From: Pseudomonadales bacterium
GTDB lineage: Bacteria; Pseudomonadota; Gammaproteobacteria; Pseudomonadales; Azotimanducaceae
Assembly: GCA_030749725.1 (NCBI GenBank)
Contig: JASMJM010000173.1
Span: 4,521-68,520 of the forward strand
Length of the DNA stretch: 64,000 nt
Direction: 5' to 3'
Below the pieces are notes generated by a model. It was not told where the DNA came from, did not search any database, and saw nothing but the letters and a program-made list of their open reading frames with translations. Positions within the stretch are counted from its first letter, which is position 1, and every line of letters begins with the position of its first letter. Positions 8,543-18,092 of this stretch are shown piece after piece. The translations under genes and the position numbers were made by a program.

Positions 8543-9940
8543 ATGCCGCTATCGACCGGCAATCCTCCAAATATACTCTGGATCTACATCGAAGATCAGG
8601 ATCCCCGATACGGCTGCTATGGCGAGAAGCTGGTCAACACGCCCAATATCGATGCGCTGGCAACGGAAGGTGTTTTATTCCAACGAGCTTACTCGCCCGC
8701 GCCGGTATGCAGCCCAAGCCGGTCAGCCATTATTACCGGCAGCGATGCCATTCGGGTCGGCGCGCAGCACCAGCGATCCAGCCGGTTTTCCGGCGAAGAG
8801 ATCTATCTTCCAGACGGCGTTGAGACCGTACCGGAAGTATTCCGCAAAGCCGGTTATTTCACATTTAATCGGGGTAAGGACGACTACAATTTTGTTTACG
8901 ATCGAACGAAACTGTATTCGACCGGTAACACAGGAGTTGATCCAGGTAAATTAAAAGGCGTCCAGGCCGGAAAAGGTAACTGGAGTGAGTGTCCTGAAGG
9001 TATGCCGTTCTTTGCACAAATCCAAACCTGGGGCGGCAAACACGCCTATTCCCATGGTGACCTCAGCGCATACATGACAACGGTAAATGCAAAAGCGGTT
9101 GACCCGGCCGACGTTACGGTGCCTCCCCAGTATCCGGACATTCCGGAGATGCGCGAGTTAATCGCCGGTCAACTGAGCACCATGATGATCAGTGATTACG
9201 AAGTGGGTGAAATCATCAACAAACTAAAAGATGACGGCTTGTGGGAAAACACCGTCATTTTTCTAATCAGCGATCATGGCTCACTGCTGCCACGAGCCAA
9301 ACAATTCTGCTATGAGGAAGGTCTACATATACCGCTGATCATCGCGGCGCCTGGTATGCAGGCAACGATACCACCAGGTAGCGAACGCTCAGAGCAGACC
9401 GCCCTGCTTGATGTTGCAGGGACCTCGCTGGCATTGGCCTGTATCGAGATTCCTGAATACATGGATACGAAAGACCTCTTTGCCGAGGACTTCGAGCGTG
9501 AGCACGTGTTTGCATCACGGGATCGCTGCGAATGGGCCATCGATCGAACCCGCTCGGTGATCGGTAAGCGCTACCATTATATGCGCAACTTTATGACCGA
9601 CAGGCCTCTGGCGCAATCCAGCTATCGATCCAAATGGCCTGCCTTTGTCAGAATACAGGAAATGCATGACAGGGGAGAACTAACGGATGCACAAGCCCTG
9701 CCCTATGGCGAGCGTCCGGCCGAAGAGCTGTATGATCTGCACAACGATCCGCACGAACTGGTCAACCTGGTCGATGATGCTGATCACCGGGCGATCCTGA
9801 CAGAGATGCACAAACTGCTGGATGCCTGGATAGAAGACACCGGCGACAAGGGCCAATTCCCGGAATCAGAAGCTGCTCTTCGAATCGTAAAGCAGCAATT
9901 CCCCGAACTGGCCATTGGTCCTGAATTCAGGGATCTGTAA
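8543..9940 (+). CDS. sulfatase (formylglycine-dependent, Cys-type)
   Basis: PNILWIYIEDQD and the CSPSRSAIITG (CxPxR) motif. No N-terminal signal peptide; an in-frame stop lies 31 nt upstream of the ATG. Confidence 0.85.
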   Translation: MPLSTGNPPNILWIYIEDQDPRYGCYGEKLVNTPNIDALATEGVLFQRAYSPAPVCSPSRSAIITGSDAIRVGAQHQRSSRFSGEEIYLPDGVETVPEVFRKAGYFTFNRGKDDYNFVYDRTKLYSTGNTGVDPGKLKGVQAGKGNWSECPEGMPFFAQIQTWGGKHAYSHGDLSAYMTTVNAKAVDPADVTVPPQYPDIPEMRELIAGQLSTMMISDYEVGEIINKLKDDGLWENTVIFLISDHGSLLPRAKQFCYEEGLHIPLIIAAPGMQATIPPGSERSEQTALLDVAGTSLALACIEIPEYMDTKDLFAEDFEREHVFASRDRCEWAIDRTRSVIGKRYHYMRNFMTDRPLAQSSYRSKWPAFVRIQEMHDRGELTDAQALPYGERPAEELYDLHNDPHELVNLVDDADHRAILTEMHKLLDAWIEDTGDKGQFPESEAALRIVKQQFPELAIGPEFRDL

Positions 9941-10021
9941 TATCCTCTTCTGATGCCCACATCACAACACTGCCGTTCTAACCATGAAAATCGGTTGCTA
10001 TGAAGCGTATTTTCATGTTGA

Positions 10022-11206
10022 ATGGGCGTCATGATTCCTAGACCATCGCACATCGATCGGATCCGTTCCGCACTTGCCAGAAGCACGGTAGTGATCCTCA
10101 TCGGCCCTCGCCAGTGTGGCAAGACAACACTGGCACGCGAACTGGTGCCGGTGGAATCGATCAACTATTTCGACCTCGAGGATCCTGCCAGTCTTGCACG
10201 GCTGGACGAGCCCATGACGTCCCTGTCGCCTCTTCGGGGTCTTATTGTCATCGATGAAATTCAACGGAGACCAGAGCTGTTTCCGATCCTACGGGTTCTT
10301 TCGGACCGTCAGGATTCGCCTGCGCAATTCCTGATTCTCGGCAGCGCATCAGGAGACCTGTTAAGGCAGTCTTCAGAGAGCCTCGCAGGTCGCACCGAAC
10401 ACCTGTCATTGAGCGGCTTTCACCTCAACGAGTTGCCGGAAGAATCCGCATCAGCGCTCTGGCTGCGTGGTGGATTCCCATTGTCATATCTTGCCGCCAC
10501 AGATTCAGACAGTGCGATATGGCGCAGCAACTTCATCCAGTCGCTGCTGGAAAGGGACTTACCTCAGTGGGGCGTGCGCGTGCCAGCGATTGTGCTAAGG
10601 CGATTCTGGACGATGCTGGCGCACTACCACGGTCAGACGTGGAATGCGGCGGAACCAGCCCGCGCATTGGATGTAGCGCCATCGACGACACGGCGATATC
10701 TGGATCTGCTATCAGATGCGTTCATGATCCGCCAACTACAACCCTATCATGCGAATATCCGTAAGCGCCAAGTCAAAGCGCCGAAAGTCTACATCCGAGA
10801 TAGCGGTCTGCTGCATTTGCTGCTTGGGATCCAGAGTCAAGTCGAACTGCACAATCATCCGAAACTGGGCGCTTCTTGGGAAGGATTTGTCATTGAACAG
10901 TTGCTGACGCTCGTGCAACCGGATGAGGCCTACTTCTGGGCGACCCATCAGGGTGCCGAGATCGATCTCGTCCTGCAAAAGAACGGCAGGTGGTCGGGGA
11001 TAGAGTGCAAACGCACGGATGCGCCAAGCATGACCCGGTCCATGACATCGGCGCTCAATGATCTGGGTCTCGAACGGATCACAGTCATTTATCCTGGGCA
11101 AAGACGTTTTCCACTGGGCCCGGCCGTGGAAGCTGTGCCATATCAGATGCTGCAGACAGCAACCAGTGCCTCAATACTGGCCAACTTGGGGCTTCCACAC
11201 CGTTAG
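10022..11206 (+). CDS. AAA-type ATPase with DUF4143-like C-terminal domain
   Basis: Walker A GPRQCGKTTLAR and Walker B-like LIVIDEIQ. Overall layout of the ATPase+DUF4143 family. Confidence 0.7.
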   Translation: MGVMIPRPSHIDRIRSALARSTVVILIGPRQCGKTTLARELVPVESINYFDLEDPASLARLDEPMTSLSPLRGLIVIDEIQRRPELFPILRVLSDRQDSPAQFLILGSASGDLLRQSSESLAGRTEHLSLSGFHLNELPEESASALWLRGGFPLSYLAATDSDSAIWRSNFIQSLLERDLPQWGVRVPAIVLRRFWTMLAHYHGQTWNAAEPARALDVAPSTTRRYLDLLSDAFMIRQLQPYHANIRKRQVKAPKVYIRDSGLLHLLLGIQSQVELHNHPKLGASWEGFVIEQLLTLVQPDEAYFWATHQGAEIDLVLQKNGRWSGIECKRTDAPSMTRSMTSALNDLGLERITVIYPGQRRFPLGPAVEAVPYQMLQTATSASILANLGLPHR

Positions 11207-11367
11207 GAAGACCTGACTCGGTTCTCAAGAACCTGTGACATTCTACCCGACCCGTATATGGGGGATCTCCCTTTTCACCTGGCTCGTCCGGCCAACGTGA
11301 ATTCACTATAATACGCACATCCCGATCCGGCAGCATATCCGCTGCTTACATCCCAAAAGGACTCTAA

Positions 11368-13941
11368 ATGGGCGACTATATTCTAGCGTTGGATGGCAAG
11401 AACACGTTACTTGAAGTGGTGGGGGGCAAAGGCCGATCTCTCTCAGAGATGACTATGGCGGGGCTGCCGGTGCCTGGTGGTTTCCATATCAGCACGGCAA
11501 CCTACCGGGAGTTCGTCGCAGACAATAATCTGCAGGCACGTATCCTGGAAGAAGCCGGCAAGGCATCCGGACAAGAGCAGGTCGCATCACAAAACATCGC
11601 CAGACTTTTCTCAGGCCTCGATATGTCACCTGCTGTCGCTGCAGAAATCACAGGTGCCTACGGGAAGCTCGGTGACAATCCTGCCGTTGCCGTACGCTCC
11701 TCTGCTAACGCGGAAGACTTGCCGGAACTGTCCTTTGCCGGACAACAGGAGACCTACCTGAATGTTATCGGTAACGATGCCTTGCTTGCTGCTGTTCGTG
11801 ATTGCTGGGCATCGCTGTGGACACCGCGGGCAATCACCTATCGCCAGCAGATGGGTATCGAACACGATGAGGTGGCCATGGCAGTAGTCGTGCAGATCAT
11901 GGTGGCTTCAGAAGTATCCGGAATACTGTTTACCGCGAACCCGGCAACGGGAGAAAGATCCGAGATGATCGCCAACGCCAGTTTTGGTCTGGGCGAAGCA
12001 GTCGTCAGCGGCCAGGTGACTCCGGACACCTATGTATTCGATCGTAACGAGAACAGAGTGAAGGAAACCGTGATTGGCGCCAAGGAGCAGATGATTGTCT
12101 CTGACGGTGATGGTGGCACCATCTTGCAGGAGGTGTCAGCATCGAAAAGGGGCCTTTCTTCACTCTCTGCAAAGCACCTCGCCGAACTTGCTGATCTGGC
12201 CATCAAATCAGAACAGCACTTCGGCGGCGTCCCCCAGGATATCGAGTGGGCGGTCAAGGATGACACTCTATACCTGTTACAGTCGCGACCCATTACCAAC
12301 CTGCCACCACAGCCACTCAAGGATCTCAAGTGGGAACCACCGGCACCCGGCGTCCTGCTGCTGCGCCGCCAGATCGTTGAGAACATGCCGGATCCCCTAT
12401 CGCCCCTATTTGACGAACTGTATCTTGAAATCGGCTTGCAGAACGGGATGAATCGCAGCCTGGCGCGAATGGAAGCGCCACACCGGATCGAGGATATGAC
12501 CAATGGCAATGTTCACCTGACCGTCAACGGCTATGCCTATCAGCGCAGAGACTTCAAGGCCCCGCAAGGCTTCGATCCCAAGGCCATGGCAGCATTCAAT
12601 GAGAGAGGTCCGAGGGAATGGTGGACCAAGCTGGTCGACTTCTGGCGTGATGACTGGCTGCCTGGCTACAAGGCCCTGATAGATGAATGGTCTAAACTTG
12701 ATCTTGCCAACGCGTCTGACACGCAGCTCCTGGATGGCATCAGAGTAATCTCAAACGAAGACGCAGCTTACTGGGAGGAATCCTCGAAAGTATTCGCCAC
12801 GGCCAAAGTCACCGACGAGCAGTTGCAGGGCTTCCTTAAAGCCGCGGCACCGGATCACAATTTTACCAGCGGCATGTTCCTCTCGGGATTTCCTTCCAGA
12901 ACCATGCAGGCACAACTGGACATCTGGGAAATGTCCAAAGTGATCCGGTCTGACGAGTCACTAACGGATATGGTGAACCGCACGGCCGCACCGAAACTGC
13001 TAACGGCACTACGGAAGCACCCGGCGGGCGGAGCCGTGATTGAGTTGATCGACAAATACAACGAGACCTACGGCCACCAGATTTATTCCCTCGACTTCGC
13101 GGAACCCACCGCTGCGGAAGATCCGATTCCCATCATGGTTGCATTGAAAGCCCAGGTACAGGACACGAACTATGATCCCGCCAAACATCATGCGGAAGTA
13201 TCCGAGAAGCGAAAGCAGGCAGTTCGCGAGATTCGTAACGTCCTCGACGACAACGCGATGGCGCAATTTCGCTGGCACCTGTGGAAGGCCCGAAACTTCT
13301 ATCCCCATCGCGAAGAAGTGGTCTTCTGGTTGGGCGGCGGCTGGCCGTTACTGCGCAAGATGGCGCGAGCGCTAGGTCAACGCATGGTGGATGTGGGTAC
13401 GTTCAACGAGCCCGACGATCTGTATTTTCTGCGTACAGAAAATATCGAGAAGGCTATTGCGGCCCGAGCCAACAATAGATCTCTGCCTGAACTGATGCAA
13501 CTCGCCGCTGAACAAAGAGAGCTGCGCGAAGCACGCAAGAGAATTCATCCGCCCGGCGCCATACCAATAGAGCGGCACGCCAACCCAGCCGCCACGCAGA
13601 AACTAAACGCGCCGGACAGTAACGTGATGAGCGGCTTCGCAGTCAGCCCCGGCAAGATTACAGGCGAAGTCAGCGTCATCCTGACGCCGGCTGAGTTCGA
13701 CAAGATGAAACCCAACAGCATACTGGTCTGTCCCATGACCACGCCTGCCTGGACACAGCTCTTTTCCCACGCGATTGCTCTGGTGACGGATATCGGCAGC
13801 ATTCTTGCCCACGGGTCGATTGTGGCGCGGGAATTCGGCATCCCTGCGGTGCTGGGCCTCGGCAACGTGACACAACGCTTGAAGAGCGGCCAGAGAATTT
13901 CAGTGGACGGCGATGCAGGGCTCGTCGAAATCCTCGACTGA
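11368..13941 (+). CDS. PEP/pyruvate-binding (ATP-grasp) plus C-terminal PEP-utilizer His-domain phosphotransferase, Rph-like architecture (K1)
   Basis: 857 aa. N-terminal GGKGRSL...VAVRSSANAEDLPELSFAGQQETYLN (PPDK_N type). Extreme C-terminus CPMTTPAWTQLFSHAIALVTDIGSILAHGSIVAREFGIPAV (swivel His domain). No PEP-synthase TIM-barrel region follows. Confidence 0.8.
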   Translation: MGDYILALDGKNTLLEVVGGKGRSLSEMTMAGLPVPGGFHISTATYREFVADNNLQARILEEAGKASGQEQVASQNIARLFSGLDMSPAVAAEITGAYGKLGDNPAVAVRSSANAEDLPELSFAGQQETYLNVIGNDALLAAVRDCWASLWTPRAITYRQQMGIEHDEVAMAVVVQIMVASEVSGILFTANPATGERSEMIANASFGLGEAVVSGQVTPDTYVFDRNENRVKETVIGAKEQMIVSDGDGGTILQEVSASKRGLSSLSAKHLAELADLAIKSEQHFGGVPQDIEWAVKDDTLYLLQSRPITNLPPQPLKDLKWEPPAPGVLLLRRQIVENMPDPLSPLFDELYLEIGLQNGMNRSLARMEAPHRIEDMTNGNVHLTVNGYAYQRRDFKAPQGFDPKAMAAFNERGPREWWTKLVDFWRDDWLPGYKALIDEWSKLDLANASDTQLLDGIRVISNEDAAYWEESSKVFATAKVTDEQLQGFLKAAAPDHNFTSGMFLSGFPSRTMQAQLDIWEMSKVIRSDESLTDMVNRTAAPKLLTALRKHPAGGAVIELIDKYNETYGHQIYSLDFAEPTAAEDPIPIMVALKAQVQDTNYDPAKHHAEVSEKRKQAVREIRNVLDDNAMAQFRWHLWKARNFYPHREEVVFWLGGGWPLLRKMARALGQRMVDVGTFNEPDDLYFLRTENIEKAIAARANNRSLPELMQLAAEQRELREARKRIHPPGAIPIERHANPAATQKLNAPDSNVMSGFAVSPGKITGEVSVILTPAEFDKMKPNSILVCPMTTPAWTQLFSHAIALVTDIGSILAHGSIVAREFGIPAVLGLGNVTQRLKSGQRISVDGDAGLVEILD

Positions 13942-13965
13942 CACTCAAACATTAAGGAACCGGAA

Positions 13966-14589
13966 ATGAGTCAAGCAACAAAATTCAAGGTCAGGCTGGA
14001 GTTCGAGATCGATATCAGTCCGATTTCGATACTCGACCTGGACAGTATCGAGAAACTCATCAGCCAGGCGGCTGGCAAGAAATCGAAAATGAATGCTGCC
14101 AAGCAAGGCTGGACTGAAACCGACATGCGTGCTGCCATGAAGACAAAAGGCATGACGGACGCTGACATCGAAAAGGCCCTGGCAGGCGCCAAAGCAGCTA
14201 AAGAAGCTGGCGCGAAAGGTGCGGCAGGCAAGGGCCTGGGAAAAGGCAACAAAAGGGATCCCCAGATGTTGCTGTATCCGAATTATGAGAATTGGGCGGC
14301 AGCACAGCAAACACTACAGCAGGAAATCCTCAACGACGATGCGCTGTCGACCACCTATGTGAGGGAAGTCGTCAGAGACCTCACTCGCGGGAGGATTGAA
14401 TCACTCCTCGAGGACAAATACGGTGCGCCTGACCTCAACGGTGCAATAATGCAAGCCATGCAGAAACTATCCCCGGCAGACAAGACAACACTAAAGTCCG
14501 ATGAGCCGAGTCTCTTACATGATGAAACCGAATTAATGGATGATTCTGTCGACTGTCGGTTTACCGACATGATAGTCACCAGGATTTAG
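13966..14589 (+). CDS. hypothetical protein (Lys/Ala/Gly-rich central region)
   Basis: 207-aa ORF starting 24 nt after K1 on the same strand. No recognisable family. Confidence 0.5.
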   Translation: MSQATKFKVRLEFEIDISPISILDLDSIEKLISQAAGKKSKMNAAKQGWTETDMRAAMKTKGMTDADIEKALAGAKAAKEAGAKGAAGKGLGKGNKRDPQMLLYPNYENWAAAQQTLQQEILNDDALSTTYVREVVRDLTRGRIESLLEDKYGAPDLNGAIMQAMQKLSPADKTTLKSDEPSLLHDETELMDDSVDCRFTDMIVTRI

Positions 14590-14824
14590 CCGACCACCAG
14601 CCGGACATTACAGCTCCACCAATTGGATACGCACGGGTCACATCGTTGGCCAGCTACTGACCATCTTGTTCTCTCCAGTGAATACGACACCGTCGTGGTG
14701 CCCATCGTAGACACCTCCTTCCATAGGGATCACGCATCCACTAACAGTTCAACTCCAGTGGCTTCGTTGGCGGGTGTTTCGATATGCTATGATCCACCTC
14801 AGCTACTATACCCTAGAGCACCCT

Positions 14825-16246
14825 ATGGGGAACCTTGCCAGAATCCTGCTGCTGTCGTTGCCGTTAACTGTAACCCTGTCGTGCTCATTGGACACACAGA
14901 CAGATCCAGGGGAAGAGACAACTGTTCCGTCTGCAGCGCCCATTGAGGTCCCTCTGGATGAATCCGTACCCGAGGTGACTGAACTCGTGAAAGGACTTCT
15001 TGCTAAGGCACGTGCTGAATCAAAGAGTGGTCTTCCACGGGGTGAACTGGGCATGGCCTATGAAGTCAACGGATTTCCTGACGCCGCGTTTGCCAGCTAT
15101 GGGCAAGCCGAATTACTCGATCCTGATGAAGCCCGGTGGCCGTATTATCAGGCGCTCATGTTGGCCGGCCTGGGTCAACAACAAAAGGCGCTGCAAGCCT
15201 TGGATCGGGCAATTGACATCGATGCAACCCATGCATCGGCCTGGATGTGGCGCGGTACCTGGTCGCTTGACGTGGGATTGGTTGACCAGGCCGATGAGGC
15301 CTTCAAGAAGGCAGAAGCCCTGGGGCTTGCCGCAGTCGCCAAAGCAAGCCAAGCCCGCGTACGCCTGCATCAGCATCGACCCGACGAAGCAGTTGCGCTG
15401 CTCGAACCATTGTCACGGGAAGCTCAATACCCGAGTGTGTTTCAGCTACTCGGCAGAGCCTATCGCGAGACTGGTCGACTCGATGATGCACGAGTTGCCT
15501 TGGCGCGGGGCAAGTCGGCGCAACGGCTAACTTGGCAAGATGACTGGCAGGACAGCAAGAGAACCTATGAAGTTGGCTTCCAGGCTCGTGTACGTCATGC
15601 ACAGCGCTTGCTAAAACTGAACCGGACAGGCGAAGCGAAGCAATCACTTAGATCGCTCCTTGAAGAGCGACCTGACAACGAAGTGGTCATCAACACGTTG
15701 GCCAGTGCCTATGTGAAAAATGGTGAGCTGCAGAAGGCATTCTGGACTCTAGAGAAAGCGCTCGAAAGACCGCCTGTCCACTACACCATTCACCTCAATA
15801 TTGCGCCCTTCTACGAGAACCGGGGTGACCCGGCGACTGCATTGGCGCATCTCGATCGGGCGATCGAGCTCAAGCCGGCGGCGGCTCTGCCTTACACCAG
15901 GAAGGGGCTACTCCTGCAGAAGCAAAGAAGATATGAAGACGCGCTGGCCGCTTTCGAGTCGGCGCTGCGCAATGATGCGACCGATCCTCACGTTTTCTTC
16001 TATGCAGGTGACGTTGAAGCTATCCTGCAGCGCTTGCCCAGGGCAATCCAACGATTTGAGGAATCGGTTCGCATCGATCCGTCCTTCACCCTCGGGCACC
16101 TGAATCTCGGCCTCGCCCTTGCCAAGTCTAACCGGCTTGAGGAGGCGCGCGTCTCACTTGACCGTGCGGATGCATTGGGAACGCACGAGAGCGATGTTCA
16201 AGGAGCATTCAAACACCTGGCTGAACTGGAAGAAAGGTCAGAGTAA
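14825..16246 (+). CDS. TPR repeat protein, probable lipoprotein or secreted
   Basis: Start chosen at MGNLARILLLSLPLTVTLSCS. Repeated 34-aa A/L/Y-rich helical units throughout. Confidence 0.7.
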   Translation: MGNLARILLLSLPLTVTLSCSLDTQTDPGEETTVPSAAPIEVPLDESVPEVTELVKGLLAKARAESKSGLPRGELGMAYEVNGFPDAAFASYGQAELLDPDEARWPYYQALMLAGLGQQQKALQALDRAIDIDATHASAWMWRGTWSLDVGLVDQADEAFKKAEALGLAAVAKASQARVRLHQHRPDEAVALLEPLSREAQYPSVFQLLGRAYRETGRLDDARVALARGKSAQRLTWQDDWQDSKRTYEVGFQARVRHAQRLLKLNRTGEAKQSLRSLLEERPDNEVVINTLASAYVKNGELQKAFWTLEKALERPPVHYTIHLNIAPFYENRGDPATALAHLDRAIELKPAAALPYTRKGLLLQKQRRYEDALAAFESALRNDATDPHVFFYAGDVEAILQRLPRAIQRFEESVRIDPSFTLGHLNLGLALAKSNRLEEARVSLDRADALGTHESDVQGAFKHLAELEERSE

Positions 16247-17940
16247 TGAGAACAGGTACTAACGCCATCATCCTTTGTGCACTCCTTGCCGAGATCGGGT
16301 GCGCCGACAAGGACGTGTCAACTAACGAGGATACACGGGGGTCCACTCCGCCATGGTTCGAGGACCAGGCCGACCTCCGCGGACTCAACTTCCGGTACGA
16401 TTCGGGACATTCAGACCGATATCTCCTCCCTGAAATTATGGGCGGCGGTGCCGCGCTCGCCGATCTTGACAATGACGGCGACCTGGATGCCTATCTGGTC
16501 CAGGGCGGTAAAGTGGTTTCAGAGAATCGACCTGGAAATCAACTGTTTCTCAATCGTGGTGATGGACACTTTACGGCGGTCGCAGATGCCGGTGGCGCAG
16601 GAGATACCGGGTACGGTATGGGAGTGGCGACAGGCGACTACGACAACGATGGTGATGTTGACCTCTATGTCACCAACCTGGGTCCCAACGCGCTGCTGCG
16701 AAACAGGGGCAATGGGGAGTTTGAGGATGTTTCCGCAGTAGCCGGCGTTGACGATGCGGGTTGGGGTACTGCTGCGGCATTTCTGGATCTGGATGTGGAC
16801 GGTGACCTCGACCTGTTCCTGGTCAACTATGTGAATTGGAGTCTGTCGATCGAACAGGATTGCTTTAGTACAGCGACCGGCTGGCACCTGGCAGACTATT
16901 GCTGGCCAACTGCCTATGGTGCCCCCGCGCGTGATCGTCTGTTCCGTAATAACGGCGATGGCACGTTCACAGACATCTCCGATGCAGCCGGTCTGGGCGT
17001 GGCTTTTGGTAACGGGCTGGGTGTGGTCGGCCTGGATGCCAACAGCGACGGACTCACTGACGTCTTCGTAGCCAACGACATGATGATGAATCAGTTGTGG
17101 CTCAATCGTGGCGGTCTGCGCTTCGAGGATGATGCCCTGTTACTGGGCTGTGCGGTTGACGAGCATGGTGTTGTCAAGTCAGGTATGGGCGTGGCTGCGG
17201 TGGATCAGGACAACGACGGCGATACGGATCTCCTGGTGGTGAACCTGGCCACCCAGACCGATTCCTTCTTTCGTAACGAAGGAACCCATTTCGAGGACGC
17301 CACTGTGTCGGTCGGTCTGGCGACTGGGACAAAACGTTACACGCGCTTTGGATTGGCCCTGGCAGATTTTGACAACGATGCGCGACTGGATCTCTACGAG
17401 GCCAATGGAGCCATCGGCTTTTCCAGGGAGTCCATCACCGATGATGTCTACGCCCAGCCGGATCTTCTGCTTCGCGGGCTGCCGGGGGCGACATTCGAGG
17501 AAGTCGAATTACAGGGCGGTACGGCGCGCGCGCTTATCTACACCGGTCGAGGTGTGGCGACGGGGGATGTCGACAACGATGGCGGGCTGGACCTTATAGT
17601 CGTGAACCGCGACGGGCCGACGAACCTGCTCATGAACCAGGTGCCCGACCGCGGCAACTGGGTTCGTTTCCGTGTCCTCAACCGGGACGGGCGGGATGCC
17701 TACGCCGCCACAGTTTCGACGGACATCGGCTCGATACGGATCCATCGAGACGTACAGGTCACCGGGAGTTATCTGGCCTCGAACGATCCGCATGTTCATT
17801 TTGGTCTCGGTAATGGGTCCTCGGCTCGCAACGTTACCGTTCGTTGGCCGAGTGGCGTCGTGGAAACATTTGGCGACTTCAAGGGCGCCGGCACCGTGGT
17901 ACTAAGGAGGGGCGGAGGAACGGACGCCGACAGTGAATAG
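16246..17940 (+). CDS. CRTAC1/ASPIC-UnbV family protein with FG-GAP (VCBS) repeats
   Basis: Repeated DxDxDGDxD calcium-type motifs. C-terminal GSYLASNDPHVHFGLGNGSSARNVTVRWPSG is UnbV/ASPIC-like. The start overlaps the TPR stop (TAATG). Confidence 0.8.
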   Translation: MRTGTNAIILCALLAEIGCADKDVSTNEDTRGSTPPWFEDQADLRGLNFRYDSGHSDRYLLPEIMGGGAALADLDNDGDLDAYLVQGGKVVSENRPGNQLFLNRGDGHFTAVADAGGAGDTGYGMGVATGDYDNDGDVDLYVTNLGPNALLRNRGNGEFEDVSAVAGVDDAGWGTAAAFLDLDVDGDLDLFLVNYVNWSLSIEQDCFSTATGWHLADYCWPTAYGAPARDRLFRNNGDGTFTDISDAAGLGVAFGNGLGVVGLDANSDGLTDVFVANDMMMNQLWLNRGGLRFEDDALLLGCAVDEHGVVKSGMGVAAVDQDNDGDTDLLVVNLATQTDSFFRNEGTHFEDATVSVGLATGTKRYTRFGLALADFDNDARLDLYEANGAIGFSRESITDDVYAQPDLLLRGLPGATFEEVELQGGTARALIYTGRGVATGDVDNDGGLDLIVVNRDGPTNLLMNQVPDRGNWVRFRVLNRDGRDAYAATVSTDIGSIRIHRDVQVTGSYLASNDPHVHFGLGNGSSARNVTVRWPSGVVETFGDFKGAGTVVLRRGGGTDADSE

Positions 17941-18020
17941 CTTAGGCACCGCTCACAAGAAACCCGGAATTCCCGAATTAAGTAAACTGTCCCCTTAATG
18001 GCGGACGCCGGGAACGGGTA

Positions 18021-18051
18021 GAAAAAAGGCCTGCATGGCAGGCCTTTCTTC
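18021..18051. terminator. bidirectional rho-independent terminator between convergent genes
   Basis: Perfect 8-bp stem AGGCCTGC/GCAGGCCT (18027-18045) with a 3-nt loop. Preceded by AAAAAA and followed by TTCTT. Confidence 0.6.
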
Positions 18052-18092
18052 ATGGTTTCGTCAAGCCCATAGCTAGGAGGGCTAGACTGGGA

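Noticed and set aside
9983-10017. Inverted repeat CATGAAAAT...ATTTTCATG between the sulfatase and the ATPase gene, considered as a terminator.
   Set aside because: The stem is 9 bp and AT-rich, the loop is 17 nt, and no T-tract follows. This is too weak to call.
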